From: a virus
Lineage: Duplodnaviria; Caudoviricetes
DNA: 36,846 nt
IMG/VR virus record: IMGVR_UViG_3300012680_000005
Coordinates: 1 to 36,846 of that record
Reading direction: 5' to 3' (one strand)
Numbering within the stretch: the stretch's first letter is position 1; each line of letters starts with the position of its first letter. Both the position numbers and the translations under genes were made by a program. Positions 23,905 through 34,580 of the stretch are shown here, piece by piece. The notes below the pieces were generated by a model that had not been told where the DNA came from, ran no database searches, and was given only the letters and a program-made list of their open reading frames with translations.

Positions 23905-26900
23905 GTGCCCACAGTCGCCCAGCTGATGGTCGATGTGGGTGCCAACACCACCGGCGCCGAGCTTGGCCTCGCGCGCGTCGACCGGGGCATCGGCGGGCTG
24001 ACCGCCCGGGCCGCCGGAATGCGCAGCGTTGGCGTGGCCATGACCGCCGGCGTCACCATCCCCGTCATCGGCGTCGGCGTGGCCGCCGTGAGCACTGCCA
24101 TCGACTTCGAGCGGGGCATGAACGTCCTGCAGGCCACGTCCGGGGCCAGTGGCGCCCAGATGGCAGCGCTGTCCCGGTTGGCCATGGCGTTGGGCAACGA
24201 CATCCGCCTCCCCGCGGTGTCGGCCTCCGACGCCGGAGTGGCCATGCTCGAGCTCAGCCGAGCCGGCCTGTCGGTCAACGACGTGATGGGGGCCAGCCGG
24301 GGCGTGCTCGAGCTCGCCGCCGCGGGGCAGATCAGCGAGGGCGAGGCGGCCATGTTCACCGCCGGCGCCCTGAACGCCTTCGGGTTGGCCGGTACCGATG
24401 CGACCCGCATCGCCGACCTGCTCGCCGCCGGCGCCAACAACTCCATGGCCAGCGTCACCGAGATGGGCCAGGCCATGCAGATGTCCTCGGCCGTCTTCGC
24501 CGCTGCGGGCATCCCCGTCGAGGACCTGGTCACCTCCATCGGCCTCATGGCCCAGGCGGGGATCAGAGGGAGCGACGCCGGCACCAGCCTCAAGACGATG
24601 CTGCTGAGCCTGCAGGCGCCGTCATCCACGGCAGCCGCGCTCATGCGGGACCTCGGCATCAACGTCTACGACGCCCAGGGCAACCTCCTGCCCATGCCCG
24701 GGATCGTCGGGCAGTTCTCGAGCGCCCTCGGCGGCATGTCCCAGGAGCAGCGCAACGCCGCCCTGGCCACCATCTTCGGCTCCGACGCGGTGCGGGCCGC
24801 CAACGTCGTGCTCATGGGCGGCGTCGGGGCCTACGACACCATGAGCGCGGCCGTCACCAAGAGCGGCGCGGCGCATGACCTCGCGAGCGCCCAGACCGAG
24901 GGCCTCGGCGGCGCCTTCGGCGCGCTCAAGTCCACGCTGGAGACGGCAGCGCTGACCCTCGGCACCGCCATGCTGCCGGCGATCAACGCCCTCGTCACCG
25001 GACTGCAGTGGCTGGTCGACGGGTTCATGGGTCTGCCCGGCCCGGTGCAGGCGGCCATCGGGATCTTCCTCGGCCTCGCCGCCGTCATCGGTCCGCTGCT
25101 CATCGTGGTGGGCATGATGATCCCGGCCTTCGGGTTGATGGCCGCGGCCGTCAGTGCGTTCATGACCGTCTTCGCCGGCGTGGCCGTGGCCCTCGGCTTC
25201 ACCGCCGGTGCCTTCGCCGGCATCATCGCCGTCGTCGTCGCCTTCGCCGCCATCTGGGTCGTCGCCTACACCCAGATCGCCTGGTTCCGCACGATGATGG
25301 ACTCGATCTTCTCGTCCATCGCCACGGTGATCGGTGGCGCCCTGGCGGTCGTCACCGGCATCGTGGGTGCCTTCGCCGCTCTGTTCACCGGCAACTGGAC
25401 GGCGCTGTGGTCGAACCTCGGCCAGGTCGTCTCCGGCGCCTGGGACGTCGTGACCGGCCTCGTCACGGCGGGCCTGCAGCTCATGTGGCTGCCCATCCGA
25501 GCCTTCGCCGCCCTCCTCCAGCTCATCTGGAGCGGCATCTGGGCCCTGCTGCCCCAGCCCGTGCAGGACGTCTTCAACGCCATCGGCGGCTTCATCCAAT
25601 CGGCCTGGGGCGCCATCGTCTCGGCCATCCAGACCGGGCTCGGCTTCATCGTGTCTATCTGGAACGCCGTGTGGCCGACCCTGTCCGCAGTGGTGTCCGG
25701 CGTGTGGGCCGGCATCCAGGCGGTGGTGGGCGCCGGCATCGCCGTGATCCAGGCCATCATCACCGGCGCCGTCGCCGTGATCCAGGCCGTGTGGACCGCG
25801 TTGTGGGCCATCTTCGGGCCGCCGGTCACGGCCGCCTTCCAGATCGTCTCGGCGCTGGTGTCGGCCGGCATCGCCATCGTGACCGCGGTCATCACCACCG
25901 CCGTGGGGGTCATCCAGGCGGTGTGGACGACGCTGTGGGCGATCTTCGCCCCGGTCGTTCAGGCTGCGTGGGCGGTCATCTCGACGGTGGTCGGCGCCGC
26001 CATCGGCGTCGTGGTGGCGGTCATCTCCGCCGGCGTCGGGGCCATCTCGGCGGTGTGGAACGCCGTGTGGCCGACGCTCTCGGCCGTTGTCAGCGCCGTG
26101 TGGGGCGTGATCAGCGGCATCGTCTCGGCCGTTGTCGGCACCATCGTCGGTGTCGTCTCCGGCTTCCTCGGCACCCTGTCGTCGATCTGGTCGACGGGCT
26201 GGGCGAGCATCGGCGCCGTCGTGAGCGGTGCCATCGGCGCCGTCGCCGGCATCGTCACGTCGGTGCTCTCCGCGGTGCTCGGTGTCGTCACCAGCGTGCT
26301 GGGCGCCATCGCCGCGGTGTGGACGTCGGTGTGGGGCACCCTGGCCCCGATCGTCACGGGGGTGCTGTCCGCCATCGCCGGTGTCATCTCGAGCGTGTTC
26401 GGCACGATCCTGGGCGTCGTCACCTCGGTGCTCTCGACGATCGCCTCGGTGTTCACCGCCGGCTGGAACGCCGTCCTCGGCGTGGCCTCCTCCGTCCTGG
26501 GGGCCATCCTCGGCGTCGTCACGAGCGTGCTGGGGAGCATCCTGAGCACCGCCACCAGCGTGCTGTCGGCAATCGTGGGTGCCTTCACCGCCGGCTGGAA
26601 CGCCGTCATGTCGGTGGCATCGAGCGTGCTGTCCGCCATCCTCAGCGTCGTCACGTCGGTGCTCAACGCCATCCTCTCGACGGCGACCAGTGTGCTCAAC
26701 GCCATCGTGGGCGCGTTCACGGCAGGGTGGAACGCCGTGCTGAGCGTGGCTCAGAGCGTGCTCAGCACGATCCTGTCCGTTGTCACCTCGGTGCTGAACG
26801 CCATCCTCAACGTCGCCACCAGCGTGCTCAACTCGATCGTGTCGGCCTTCACGGCGGGGTGGAACGCGGTGCTGTCGGTGGCCAGCTCGGTCCTCAACGC

Positions 26901-27882
26901 CATCTGGGGTGTCGTGAGCAGCACCCTCAACGCCATCCTCAACATCGCCGTGTCCATCCTCAACTCGATCGTCAGCGCATTCACGGCGGGATGGAACGCG
27001 GTGCTGAGTGCGGCGAGCGCTGCGCTCAACGCCATCTGGGGCGTGGTGTCCTCGGTGCTCTCGGCCATCCTCAACGTGGCGGTCTCAACGCTGAACGCCA
27101 TCGTCGGGGCCTTCGTCGCCGGGTGGAACGCCGTGCTCAACGCTGCGAGCTCGGCGCTCAACGCCATATGGGGCGTCATCTCGTCGGTGATGGGCAGCAT
27201 CCTCGGCCTGGTTGCGGGGGCCATCAGCAACGTGGTGGGCATCTTCTCGTCCGGCTTCGCCGCCGTCACGGGAGCCGTGCACGCCGCCTTCTCGAGCATC
27301 ATCGGCGCCGCAGTGTCCGGGGTCAACGGCGTCATCAGCACGGTGTCCGGGATCGGCGGCCGGATCATGGGCGCCATCGGCAACCTCGGCAGCCTCCTCT
27401 ACAACACCGGCCGAGAGATCATCGGTGGCCTCATCCGGGGCATCACCGGCGCCATCGGCGGCATCGCCGGCGCCGTCGGCGGCATCGCCAGCAAGATCGT
27501 CGGCTGGAAGGGCCCGCCCTCCTACGACAGGCGCCTCCTCGTCCCCACCGGCGGCTGGATCATGGGCGGGCTCGTCAAGGGCATCGACCGGAGCCTGCCG
27601 GCGCTACGGGCCGAGTTGGGCTCGGTGGCCGACACCATTGCCGGGCACCGCTTCGCCCCGCTGGGAGTCGACGTCAGGGCCGCCGGGTCCGGCGGCGCCC
27701 TCGGCGGCGCCCTCGGGGGCGCCCGAGCGGGCGGCAACGTCACCGTGGCCTCCGGTGCCGTGCAGCTCAACCTCACCGTGGAGGGCGGCGGCGATGCTGC
27801 CTCCATGGCCGACGCCGTCAAGCCGGTCGTCGACGAGGCCTTCGACCGCTTCCTCGTCAGCCTCCGCAGGCAGGCCGTATGA
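23905..27882 (+). CDS. Tape measure protein
   Basis: 1325 aa; TP901-type core 'GIRGSDAGTSLKTML' and 'ALATIFGSDAVRAA'; Trp-spaced repeats; C-terminal 'KGPPS'. Confidence 0.95.
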   Translation: MPTVAQLMVDVGANTTGAELGLARVDRGIGGLTARAAGMRSVGVAMTAGVTIPVIGVGVAAVSTAIDFERGMNVLQATSGASGAQMAALSRLAMALGNDIRLPAVSASDAGVAMLELSRAGLSVNDVMGASRGVLELAAAGQISEGEAAMFTAGALNAFGLAGTDATRIADLLAAGANNSMASVTEMGQAMQMSSAVFAAAGIPVEDLVTSIGLMAQAGIRGSDAGTSLKTMLLSLQAPSSTAAALMRDLGINVYDAQGNLLPMPGIVGQFSSALGGMSQEQRNAALATIFGSDAVRAANVVLMGGVGAYDTMSAAVTKSGAAHDLASAQTEGLGGAFGALKSTLETAALTLGTAMLPAINALVTGLQWLVDGFMGLPGPVQAAIGIFLGLAAVIGPLLIVVGMMIPAFGLMAAAVSAFMTVFAGVAVALGFTAGAFAGIIAVVVAFAAIWVVAYTQIAWFRTMMDSIFSSIATVIGGALAVVTGIVGAFAALFTGNWTALWSNLGQVVSGAWDVVTGLVTAGLQLMWLPIRAFAALLQLIWSGIWALLPQPVQDVFNAIGGFIQSAWGAIVSAIQTGLGFIVSIWNAVWPTLSAVVSGVWAGIQAVVGAGIAVIQAIITGAVAVIQAVWTALWAIFGPPVTAAFQIVSALVSAGIAIVTAVITTAVGVIQAVWTTLWAIFAPVVQAAWAVISTVVGAAIGVVVAVISAGVGAISAVWNAVWPTLSAVVSAVWGVISGIVSAVVGTIVGVVSGFLGTLSSIWSTGWASIGAVVSGAIGAVAGIVTSVLSAVLGVVTSVLGAIAAVWTSVWGTLAPIVTGVLSAIAGVISSVFGTILGVVTSVLSTIASVFTAGWNAVLGVASSVLGAILGVVTSVLGSILSTATSVLSAIVGAFTAGWNAVMSVASSVLSAILSVVTSVLNAILSTATSVLNAIVGAFTAGWNAVLSVAQSVLSTILSVVTSVLNAILNVATSVLNSIVSAFTAGWNAVLSVASSVLNAIWGVVSSTLNAILNIAVSILNSIVSAFTAGWNAVLSAASAALNAIWGVVSSVLSAILNVAVSTLNAIVGAFVAGWNAVLNAASSALNAIWGVISSVMGSILGLVAGAISNVVGIFSSGFAAVTGAVHAAFSSIIGAAVSGVNGVISTVSGIGGRIMGAIGNLGSLLYNTGREIIGGLIRGITGAIGGIAGAVGGIASKIVGWKGPPSYDRRLLVPTGGWIMGGLVKGIDRSLPALRAELGSVADTIAGHRFAPLGVDVRAAGSGGALGGALGGARAGGNVTVASGAVQLNLTVEGGGDAASMADAVKPVVDEAFDRFLVSLRRQAV
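26452..27243 (+). repeat. Six 132-nt (44-aa, 4x11) repeats in the tape measure gene
   Basis: 'F(T/V)AGWNAV' begins at 26452, 26584, 26716, 26848, 26980 and 27112. Confidence 0.9.
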
Positions 27883-30827
27883 GCACGCTCGTCTCCAACC
27901 TCACCGAGACCCGCCAGGTCGAGGGGTCCAGCCAGCACAAGGTCGACCGCACTGCGGATGGCACCGTGTGGTCCTGGGTGTGGGACGGCACCCGGGCGCG
28001 CGCCTACTACTCCAAGAACAACGGCACCACCTGGGCTTACGCCGGCACGACCAGCGCCATCTCCTGCACGGCGGACTTCTCGTGCTACATAGATTCGGCC
28101 GACGTGCTCCACGTCGCCTGGACCCACGTCGACAACGGCCGCAACTACATCCGCTACCGCCGAGCCGTGCCCAACGCCGGGCGCACGGCGTGGTCCTGGC
28201 CGCTCGGCCCGCTCACCATCACCACCATTCGCAACAGCGCGGCACGGCCCGACATCGTGGTCACGGGCTCGGGCCCCACCTACGCCGTGCACATCGTGGC
28301 CGGCTTCCGCAACGGCGGCGAGATGGGGGTGGAGTACGTCCGGGTCCTGGTGGACTCGGGCGGGAACTACAGCCTCACCGATGACCGCGAGCTCGACCTG
28401 ATCGCCGCCGTCTCGGGCTGGGACGTGGCGCCCGTCATCGACGCCGGTCAGCCCGGCGGAACCCACAGCCTGTACGTGGCCTGGGGCTACCCCGTCGGCT
28501 CGGGGGGCGCACGATTGCAGCGGGGCCGACTTGTCTACGGCGGCGCCGGCTGGACCTGGGACGCCGACGTGCAGCTGTCCAACGAGGCGGTGGTGAACCA
28601 GGCCATCGCCGTCGCCTTCGACGGGTCCAACGCCATGGTGGCCTACGGCGTGACCGCCAACCTCCGGGTGAAGGAGTACCAGGACACCGGCGGGGCCATC
28701 GTCGACCGCCAGCCCACCGGCTACGCCGGCGGCGATCCCCTCGGCGTGGGCGTGACCTACGAATGGCTAGCGTCCAGCTACGTCGCTGTCTACTCGGCCA
28801 CCAACGACGACCCTCGCTACGCCATCTTCAGCCGCGTCGGCGGCAACGTGTGGGGGGCCTGGACGACCATCGCCGTGGCCTCCCCGGGGTCGGCCACCCG
28901 GCGCCTCAGCGTGCGCCGGCGCCACAGCCACACCTCGATCGATGTCCTGTACCAGGACCTCAGCGCCTCGCCCTACGCCGTGCGCTACGAGCGGGTGCCC
29001 GCTTCGAACCACACGCCCAACGCCCCGATCCCGAAGGGCCCGGCCTCGGGCACGGTGCTCGACCTGGCTGCCGCCGGCGGCACCTTCTCCTGGCAGTTCT
29101 CCGACCAGGACTACCTCGACTTCCAGGGCTCCTGGGCCATGCGCCGGCGCATCGGCACCGGTGCCTACTCGTGGTGGAGCGAGGCCTCCCAGACCTGGGC
29201 GGGGGCCGAGACCTGGAACGCGGGCGCAGCGAGCTCGAAGACCTTCGGGCCGGGCCAGTGGACGGGGGGCACCACGTATCTGGTGTCGGTGGCCACCAAG
29301 GACGCCGCCGGCGCCATCTCGCCCTACTTCGCCGAGCTCTCCATCACCGCTGGGCTGACCCCCACCGTGGTCGTCACCGCTCCGGTCGACCCCTACACCC
29401 TCGACACCCGCCCGGTCATGGCCCACACCTTCTCCGCCGGCGCCGATCCCCAGCGCTCGGCGCATTACAAGGTGTTCAGCCCGGCCCAGTACAACGACGT
29501 TGCCTTCGACCCGGCCACCTCGAGCGCGGTGTGGAGCTCGGGCGAGATCTTCGACGCCGGGCTGCGCTCGCTGCAGGTCGGCGTCGACCTCACGGTGGGC
29601 GAGGTCTACCGGTTCTACGCCCAGGCCAGCAAGTCCGGGCCCGTGTACTCGGCCTGGGTCTACGCCGGCGCCGTCATCGACCTCGAGGCGCCGGCCACGC
29701 CGATGCTGTCCGCCCAGGTCGAGCGCAACCTCGACACCGGCTGTGATCGGGTGCGTCTCACCGTCCAGGGCACCGACAGCCTGCTCAACGCCAACCAGGG
29801 CGACCTGGCTACCGGGGTGACGGGCTGGGCCAATGACGCCAACGCCACCGTCGCCACCGACGTCCTCGTCGGCCTGACCTATCTGAAGCTCACCTCGGTG
29901 GCCGCCGGGGACATGCGGGCGGGCACCCCCGCCGACACCACGGCCTTCCCGGTGCGCGGCGACGCCACCTACACGGCGGTGGCTGACGTCCCGGTGCATG
30001 GCACCGCCCGCATCACCCGCCTCGTGCTGCGCTTCTACAACGCCGCCGGCGCCCAGGTGGGCACGACGAGCGGGACCGGGATCTCCGACGCCGCCGCCTA
30101 CACCGCCACGGTGAGCGCCCGGGCCCCGGTGAGCGCCGATCGGGCGCAGCTGCTCTACGAGGTGGTCGGCACCGCCGCTGCCGGTGAGATCCATCGGGCT
30201 CGGCGGTTCTCGCTGCGTCCCGGCACCGCCACCGGCTGGAGCCGGGGTGGCCTGTCGGGGGCGCAGACCTTCCGGGTGGAGCGATCCGACGACGGCGGCC
30301 TCAGCTACGGCAGCGTGCGGAACGGCTCGGCCGTCGTTCCCGACGCCTACCAGCGGGTCACCCTCTACGACCGGGAGATGCCCCTCGGGGTGGCGCTGCG
30401 CTACCGGGCGGCGTCGACGCAGCCCAACCTGGCCTCGGCCATCAGCCCTGACGCCCTCGTCACCTTCGAGGCCAGGGCGTGGTATCTGCGGGACCCCCTC
30501 AACGTGGCCAACGAGGCCGAGGTACTGGTGGTGGGCCACAGCACCCGCCAGCTTGAGCCCATGGAGGTGCACCGCCCGGCGGGGCGCACCATCCCCCTCG
30601 TGCAGCACGAGCCCCTCCAGGTGGCCGACCACGACTTCACCATCGCCACGCCGACCCCGGTGCACCGAGTCGCCCTCGATCGCCTCCTGGCCCTGCAGCG
30701 GACGCTGTTGATCCAGTCCCCGGCCGGCAACTCCTGGTACGTGCGGGTGGAGGACCGCCAGTCCACCGACACCGACGCCGCCGGGGCGTCCTACCGGATC
30801 CCCGCCCTCGCCGCCGCCAAGCCGTAA
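27879..30827 (+). CDS. Large minor tail protein (beta-rich, multi-domain)
   Basis: ATGA overlap with the tape measure gene; BNR-like 'YSKNNGTTW' and 'RSDDGGLSY', with FN3/CBM-like segments. Confidence 0.8.
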   Translation: MSTLVSNLTETRQVEGSSQHKVDRTADGTVWSWVWDGTRARAYYSKNNGTTWAYAGTTSAISCTADFSCYIDSADVLHVAWTHVDNGRNYIRYRRAVPNAGRTAWSWPLGPLTITTIRNSAARPDIVVTGSGPTYAVHIVAGFRNGGEMGVEYVRVLVDSGGNYSLTDDRELDLIAAVSGWDVAPVIDAGQPGGTHSLYVAWGYPVGSGGARLQRGRLVYGGAGWTWDADVQLSNEAVVNQAIAVAFDGSNAMVAYGVTANLRVKEYQDTGGAIVDRQPTGYAGGDPLGVGVTYEWLASSYVAVYSATNDDPRYAIFSRVGGNVWGAWTTIAVASPGSATRRLSVRRRHSHTSIDVLYQDLSASPYAVRYERVPASNHTPNAPIPKGPASGTVLDLAAAGGTFSWQFSDQDYLDFQGSWAMRRRIGTGAYSWWSEASQTWAGAETWNAGAASSKTFGPGQWTGGTTYLVSVATKDAAGAISPYFAELSITAGLTPTVVVTAPVDPYTLDTRPVMAHTFSAGADPQRSAHYKVFSPAQYNDVAFDPATSSAVWSSGEIFDAGLRSLQVGVDLTVGEVYRFYAQASKSGPVYSAWVYAGAVIDLEAPATPMLSAQVERNLDTGCDRVRLTVQGTDSLLNANQGDLATGVTGWANDANATVATDVLVGLTYLKLTSVAAGDMRAGTPADTTAFPVRGDATYTAVADVPVHGTARITRLVLRFYNAAGAQVGTTSGTGISDAAAYTATVSARAPVSADRAQLLYEVVGTAAAGEIHRARRFSLRPGTATGWSRGGLSGAQTFRVERSDDGGLSYGSVRNGSAVVPDAYQRVTLYDREMPLGVALRYRAASTQPNLASAISPDALVTFEARAWYLRDPLNVANEAEVLVVGHSTRQLEPMEVHRPAGRTIPLVQHEPLQVADHDFTIATPTPVHRVALDRLLALQRTLLIQSPAGNSWYVRVEDRQSTDTDAAGASYRIPALAAAKP

Positions 30828-30830
30828 GCA

Positions 30831-31940
30831 ATGTGGCCCGTCACGGACGCCTTCAAGGCGGCGCTCACCCAGAGCCACGAGAAGGCCCAGCGGGTCGAGG
30901 TGCTGCAGGGCGGCGAGGTCAAGGCCGTGCTCGCCGTCGTGGTCGACGGCTCGGTCAAGGTGGCCCGGGGCGACGCCATCCGCCGCTCGGTCGACCTGAC
31001 CCTCGTCGACGAGACGGGGGACCTGACCCCCCGCACGGCCCGGGACCTGCTCGCCCCCCGGGGCACCGAGCTGCGGGTGTGGCGGGGCATCGTGTTGCCC
31101 GGCGGGCCCGAGCTCGTCCCTCTCGGCACGTTCCGCATCTCCAAGCCCAGCGTGAGCCTGCGCAAGGGCGGCCTGGTGGTCAGCGTGCGGGGCTATGACC
31201 GCATGAAGGCCATTCAGCGGGCCCGCTTCTGGACGCCGTACACCATCGCCAGCAACACCAACGTGGCCTCGGCCATCCAGTCCCTCGCCACCAGCCGCAT
31301 GGCCAACCTGAGCTTCAACCTGGCCGCCACCGTGCGCACCACGCCCCTGCTCGTCTTCGCCAAGGGCGACGACCCGGCCAAGGCCCTCATCGACCTCGCC
31401 GATTCGGCCGGCCAGGAGCTCTTCTTCGACCCGATGGGCGTGCTCACCACGAGGCAGGTCGTCGACCCGGCCACCCAGCCTCCGGTGTGGACCTACATCG
31501 CCGGGGAGGAGGCCATCCTCCTCGACGCCGAGAAGAGCCTCGACGAGGAATACACCTACAACGGCGTCATCGTCGAGGGCGAGAACGCCCAGATCACGGT
31601 GCGGGCCGAGGCCTGGGATACCAACTCGGCCTCGCCCACCTACTACGACCCGGCCAACCCGACGGCCTCGACCTACGGGCCGGTGCCCTACTTCCAGACG
31701 TCGAGCTTCTTCACGGCCCAGGCCCAGGCCCAGGCGACGGCCGACGCCCGGCTGCTGCTGGTGAAGGGGATGCTCGAGCGGGTCCGCTTCTCCGCAGTCG
31801 TCAACCCTGCTCATGACGTGGGCGACGTGGTGCGCGTCACCCGGCCCCCGGTGGCCGACGCCCTGTACTCGCTCGAGTCCCTCACCGTGCCCGTGCGCAG
31901 CGGCGTCCTCGAGGCGACGGCCCGGGCCCGAGAGCTGTGA
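30831..31940 (+). CDS. Minor tail protein (DUF5047-like hub)
   Basis: 'MWPVTDAFKAAL..SH', 'ELVPLGTFRI', 'YNGVIVEGE' and 'STYGPVP'. Confidence 0.85.
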   Translation: MWPVTDAFKAALTQSHEKAQRVEVLQGGEVKAVLAVVVDGSVKVARGDAIRRSVDLTLVDETGDLTPRTARDLLAPRGTELRVWRGIVLPGGPELVPLGTFRISKPSVSLRKGGLVVSVRGYDRMKAIQRARFWTPYTIASNTNVASAIQSLATSRMANLSFNLAATVRTTPLLVFAKGDDPAKALIDLADSAGQELFFDPMGVLTTRQVVDPATQPPVWTYIAGEEAILLDAEKSLDEEYTYNGVIVEGENAQITVRAEAWDTNSASPTYYDPANPTASTYGPVPYFQTSSFFTAQAQAQATADARLLLVKGMLERVRFSAVVNPAHDVGDVVRVTRPPVADALYSLESLTVPVRSGVLEATARAREL

Positions 31941-31953
31941 GAGGAGGGTCTCC

Positions 31954-33084
31954 TTGACCGACGTCATCTCCGAGGTGGCCAACGAGCTGACCCAGCCCAC
32001 GGGCCAGGACCGACCGACCGTCGAGCTCCACTTCGGCACGGTCACCGCGGTGGACGCCGCCGGAGCGACCCTCAGCGCCAAGATCGGCGAGGACACGGCA
32101 GTGGCCGGCCTTCCCTACCTGGCGTCTTACGCCCCCGTCGTGAACGACAAGGTGGTCCTGTTCCGGGCCGGACCCGGGGCGCTGGTGGTCATCGGGTCGT
32201 ACCGTCCGCTGGCGGGAGCGGCCCTCCTCTACGGCGTGGGCACGCCCGAGGGCACGGTCACCGCTCCCGTCGGCGTCATCTACCGCCGCACCGACGGCGG
32301 CGTGAACACCAGCCTCTACGTCAAGCAGTCCGGCGCCGGCAACACCGGGTGGGGGCCGGTGCCCACCACCAACGGCAGCCCCGCCTTCACCGGCACGATG
32401 ACCGTCGACGGGAACTTCCGGGCCGGTGCCGCTGCCACGACGCCGGGCGCACCCGTCCGCCTCACCGGCGACACCGGGCCCCTCGGGGCACCGGCCATCC
32501 AGTTCAGCCCTGACAGCGGTGTTGCCCAGATCTGGCGGGGCGGTCCGGGCTCTGTCAGCACCAACGACCTCGGGTGCAGCAACCTCAGCGCCACTGCCGT
32601 CGCCGCCTCCGGCGCCATCACGGGCCAGGACACGATCCTCGCCCGGAGTGGCCAGAGCACCCAGGTGCGCCTCGGGGGATACCTCCTGACCAGCCTGGCG
32701 AGCGTCACCATGGGCACCGCCGGCGACGCCGGCATGAAGGTCGGCGCCTTCGGCGACGTGACGGAGATCCTCGGACGCTGCCAGTCGAACCGCTTCGAGC
32801 ACACGGGCTCGCTGCTCGGCTTCTACGGCAACGTCGGCGTGAGCCGCCCGGCCGCCTACAACCAGCCCTCCATCGCCGGCGAGGTCTCGGCCGACCGCAA
32901 CTGCCCGAACTGGACCCCCGACGCCGAGACGAGCGACTACGCCTTCATCGACTTCACCGGAGCCATGGCTGCGATGAACCAGCTACGGGTGGCGTACGAG
33001 AACCTGCGCGTCCACACCATCAACCTCACGCAACTCGTCAACCAGCTCCTCGACGACCTGCAGGCCGTCGGGCTGGTGGTCTGA
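31954..33084 (+). CDS. Minor tail/tail-tip protein
   Basis: GAGGAGG RBS; OB-like N-terminus 'GTVTAV...LPYLASYAPVVNDKV' and 'GTPEG.VTAPVG.IYRRTDGG..TSLYVKQSG.GNTGW'. Confidence 0.8.
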   Translation: MTDVISEVANELTQPTGQDRPTVELHFGTVTAVDAAGATLSAKIGEDTAVAGLPYLASYAPVVNDKVVLFRAGPGALVVIGSYRPLAGAALLYGVGTPEGTVTAPVGVIYRRTDGGVNTSLYVKQSGAGNTGWGPVPTTNGSPAFTGTMTVDGNFRAGAAATTPGAPVRLTGDTGPLGAPAIQFSPDSGVAQIWRGGPGSVSTNDLGCSNLSATAVAASGAITGQDTILARSGQSTQVRLGGYLLTSLASVTMGTAGDAGMKVGAFGDVTEILGRCQSNRFEHTGSLLGFYGNVGVSRPAAYNQPSIAGEVSADRNCPNWTPDAETSDYAFIDFTGAMAAMNQLRVAYENLRVHTINLTQLVNQLLDDLQAVGLVV

Positions 33085-33782
33085 TGGCGCTGTCCCTCAC
33101 CGTGTACCCCGAGCACCGCCGACGGGTCGAGGCGGCACTGGCCGACCCCCGCCTCGGTGGGCGGTGGTACGTGGTGTCGGCCTGTCGCAGCAACGAGCTG
33201 CAGAAGCGGCTCTACGCCGACTACCTGGCCGGCCGAGGCCCCCTCGCCGCCATCCCCGGCCGCTCGCCGCACGAGATCGGGGCGCCGCCATGGCGCGACG
33301 CCTTCTGCCACGCCACCGACCTGGGGCGCCACGGGGGCAACCCCCCCGGCGGCTACATCCCCAACCGCAAGGGGCCCCGGCACCCGGAGTGGGCGCTCCT
33401 CGAGCAGGTGTGCAACGACCACGGGCTCGTGCGCACCGTGCAAAAAGAAGAGTGGCACGTGCAATTGTCCGGTTCGGCCCCCGTCCACATCCCCCCCCGC
33501 CCCGGCGAAACGGAGTACCTCGACTTGACCGGAGACGAACACCAGCTACTGCAGTCCGCCCAGGAGCAGGCCGTCGAGGCCCGGCGCCTGGCCGTGGAAC
33601 AGGCCAAGCGGACCGCGGCCGTTGAGACCAAGCTCGACCGGCTCGACATGCTGGTCACCGGCCTGTTCGACGACCTGGTGAGCGACGGACGGGACATCCT
33701 CGCCGACCACCACGGCGTCGGCCGCAACACCCCTGGGCGCCGGCTGCTCGAGCGCATCAGTTCCCAGGTGCATCGGACCTGA
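33084..33782 (+). CDS. Endolysin, M15 zinc peptidase family
   Basis: 'SACRSNELQ', 'AAIPGRSPHE', 'ATDL' and 'EEWHVQ' supply the H/D/H ligands and ExxH motif. Confidence 0.8.
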   Translation: MALSLTVYPEHRRRVEAALADPRLGGRWYVVSACRSNELQKRLYADYLAGRGPLAAIPGRSPHEIGAPPWRDAFCHATDLGRHGGNPPGGYIPNRKGPRHPEWALLEQVCNDHGLVRTVQKEEWHVQLSGSAPVHIPPRPGETEYLDLTGDEHQLLQSAQEQAVEARRLAVEQAKRTAAVETKLDRLDMLVTGLFDDLVSDGRDILADHHGVGRNTPGRRLLERISSQVHRT

Positions 33783-33787
33783 CCCCG

Positions 33788-34123
33788 GTGACGCCGACTG
33801 AAAAGATCCTCGCCGCCGTCATCACCATCCAGACGGCAGTGCTGGCTCTCATCATCGTGCTGGTGCTTGGCCTGCTCGACCAGCAGGACCGCAACAACAT
33901 GACCATCCTAAAGAACCGGGCGGCCATCTGTCGGATGCAGCTCGGCATCGGGCTCGAGGTCGAACGCAACTGCCTCGACCCCGAGGTGATTGCGTTCTAC
34001 GACCCCTCCGAGCAGCCCCAGACCGCCAATGGTGCCCGTCAACGGCTCAACACCAAGCGCATCTGCGACGTGCTCTCCGCTCTGGGGGCTGCACCGCCGG
34101 ACTGCACCACGGTCCCCGGGTAG
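33788..34123 (+). CDS. Membrane protein (lysis cassette)
   Basis: N-terminal hydrophobic helix and four Cys. Confidence 0.65.
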   Translation: MTPTEKILAAVITIQTAVLALIIVLVLGLLDQQDRNNMTILKNRAAICRMQLGIGLEVERNCLDPEVIAFYDPSEQPQTANGARQRLNTKRICDVLSALGAAPPDCTTVPG

Positions 34124-34434
34124 TGCTCTTCGGCGCCGCCGACCCGCTCGTAATGGTGGCGGCGGTCGACCCGTTCAACTGGGTCGAGATCGTCCGCGTC
34201 ACCGGTCCCTTCGGTCTGTTCCTCTTGCTGGTGCTGCTGGGCAAATTTGTCCCCGGCTTTATCTTCAGCCAGTGCCGGGAGGAGCTACGGGCCAGTCACG
34301 CCGAGAACCAGCGCCTCGTCAACCTCGTGCTGCCTGCGCTCACCGAGTCGAACCGGCTCATCGCCGAGGTTGCCGCCCTGCTGCGCGACATCCAGCACGG
34401 CCAGGACGCCGACCGGTGGCGGAGGGAGCAATGA
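34123..34434 (+). CDS. Holin-like membrane protein
   Basis: TM segment 'GPFGLFLLLVLLGKFVPG' followed by a coiled coil. Confidence 0.55.
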   Translation: MLFGAADPLVMVAAVDPFNWVEIVRVTGPFGLFLLLVLLGKFVPGFIFSQCREELRASHAENQRLVNLVLPALTESNRLIAEVAALLRDIQHGQDADRWRREQ

Positions 34435-34580
34435 AGCTCCGGTGGTGGCAGCGGGAAGAGCACCACAAGGACTCCCTCAAGGCCGTCGAGGACGCCGTCG
34501 AGCAGGGTCGGCTCCTGCGGACCGAGCTGGCCAAGCTGGCCGAGACGATGAGGACCAATGAGCGACGACGTCACACCTGA
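34431..34580 (+). CDS. Small hypothetical protein
   Basis: GGAG RBS and ATGA overlap. Confidence 0.55.
   Translation: MKLRWWQREEHHKDSLKAVEDAVEQGRLLRTELAKLAETMRTNERRRHT

Noticed and set aside
25008-27878. N-terminal 957 aa of the 1939-aa ORF
   Set aside because: Arg/His-rich off-frame shadow of the tape measure gene; the real start is ATG 27879.
28767-32096. Long - strand ORFs (also 13504..15255, 460..1602 and others)
   Set aside because: Antisense shadows of GC3-rich + strand genes with no recognisable motifs.
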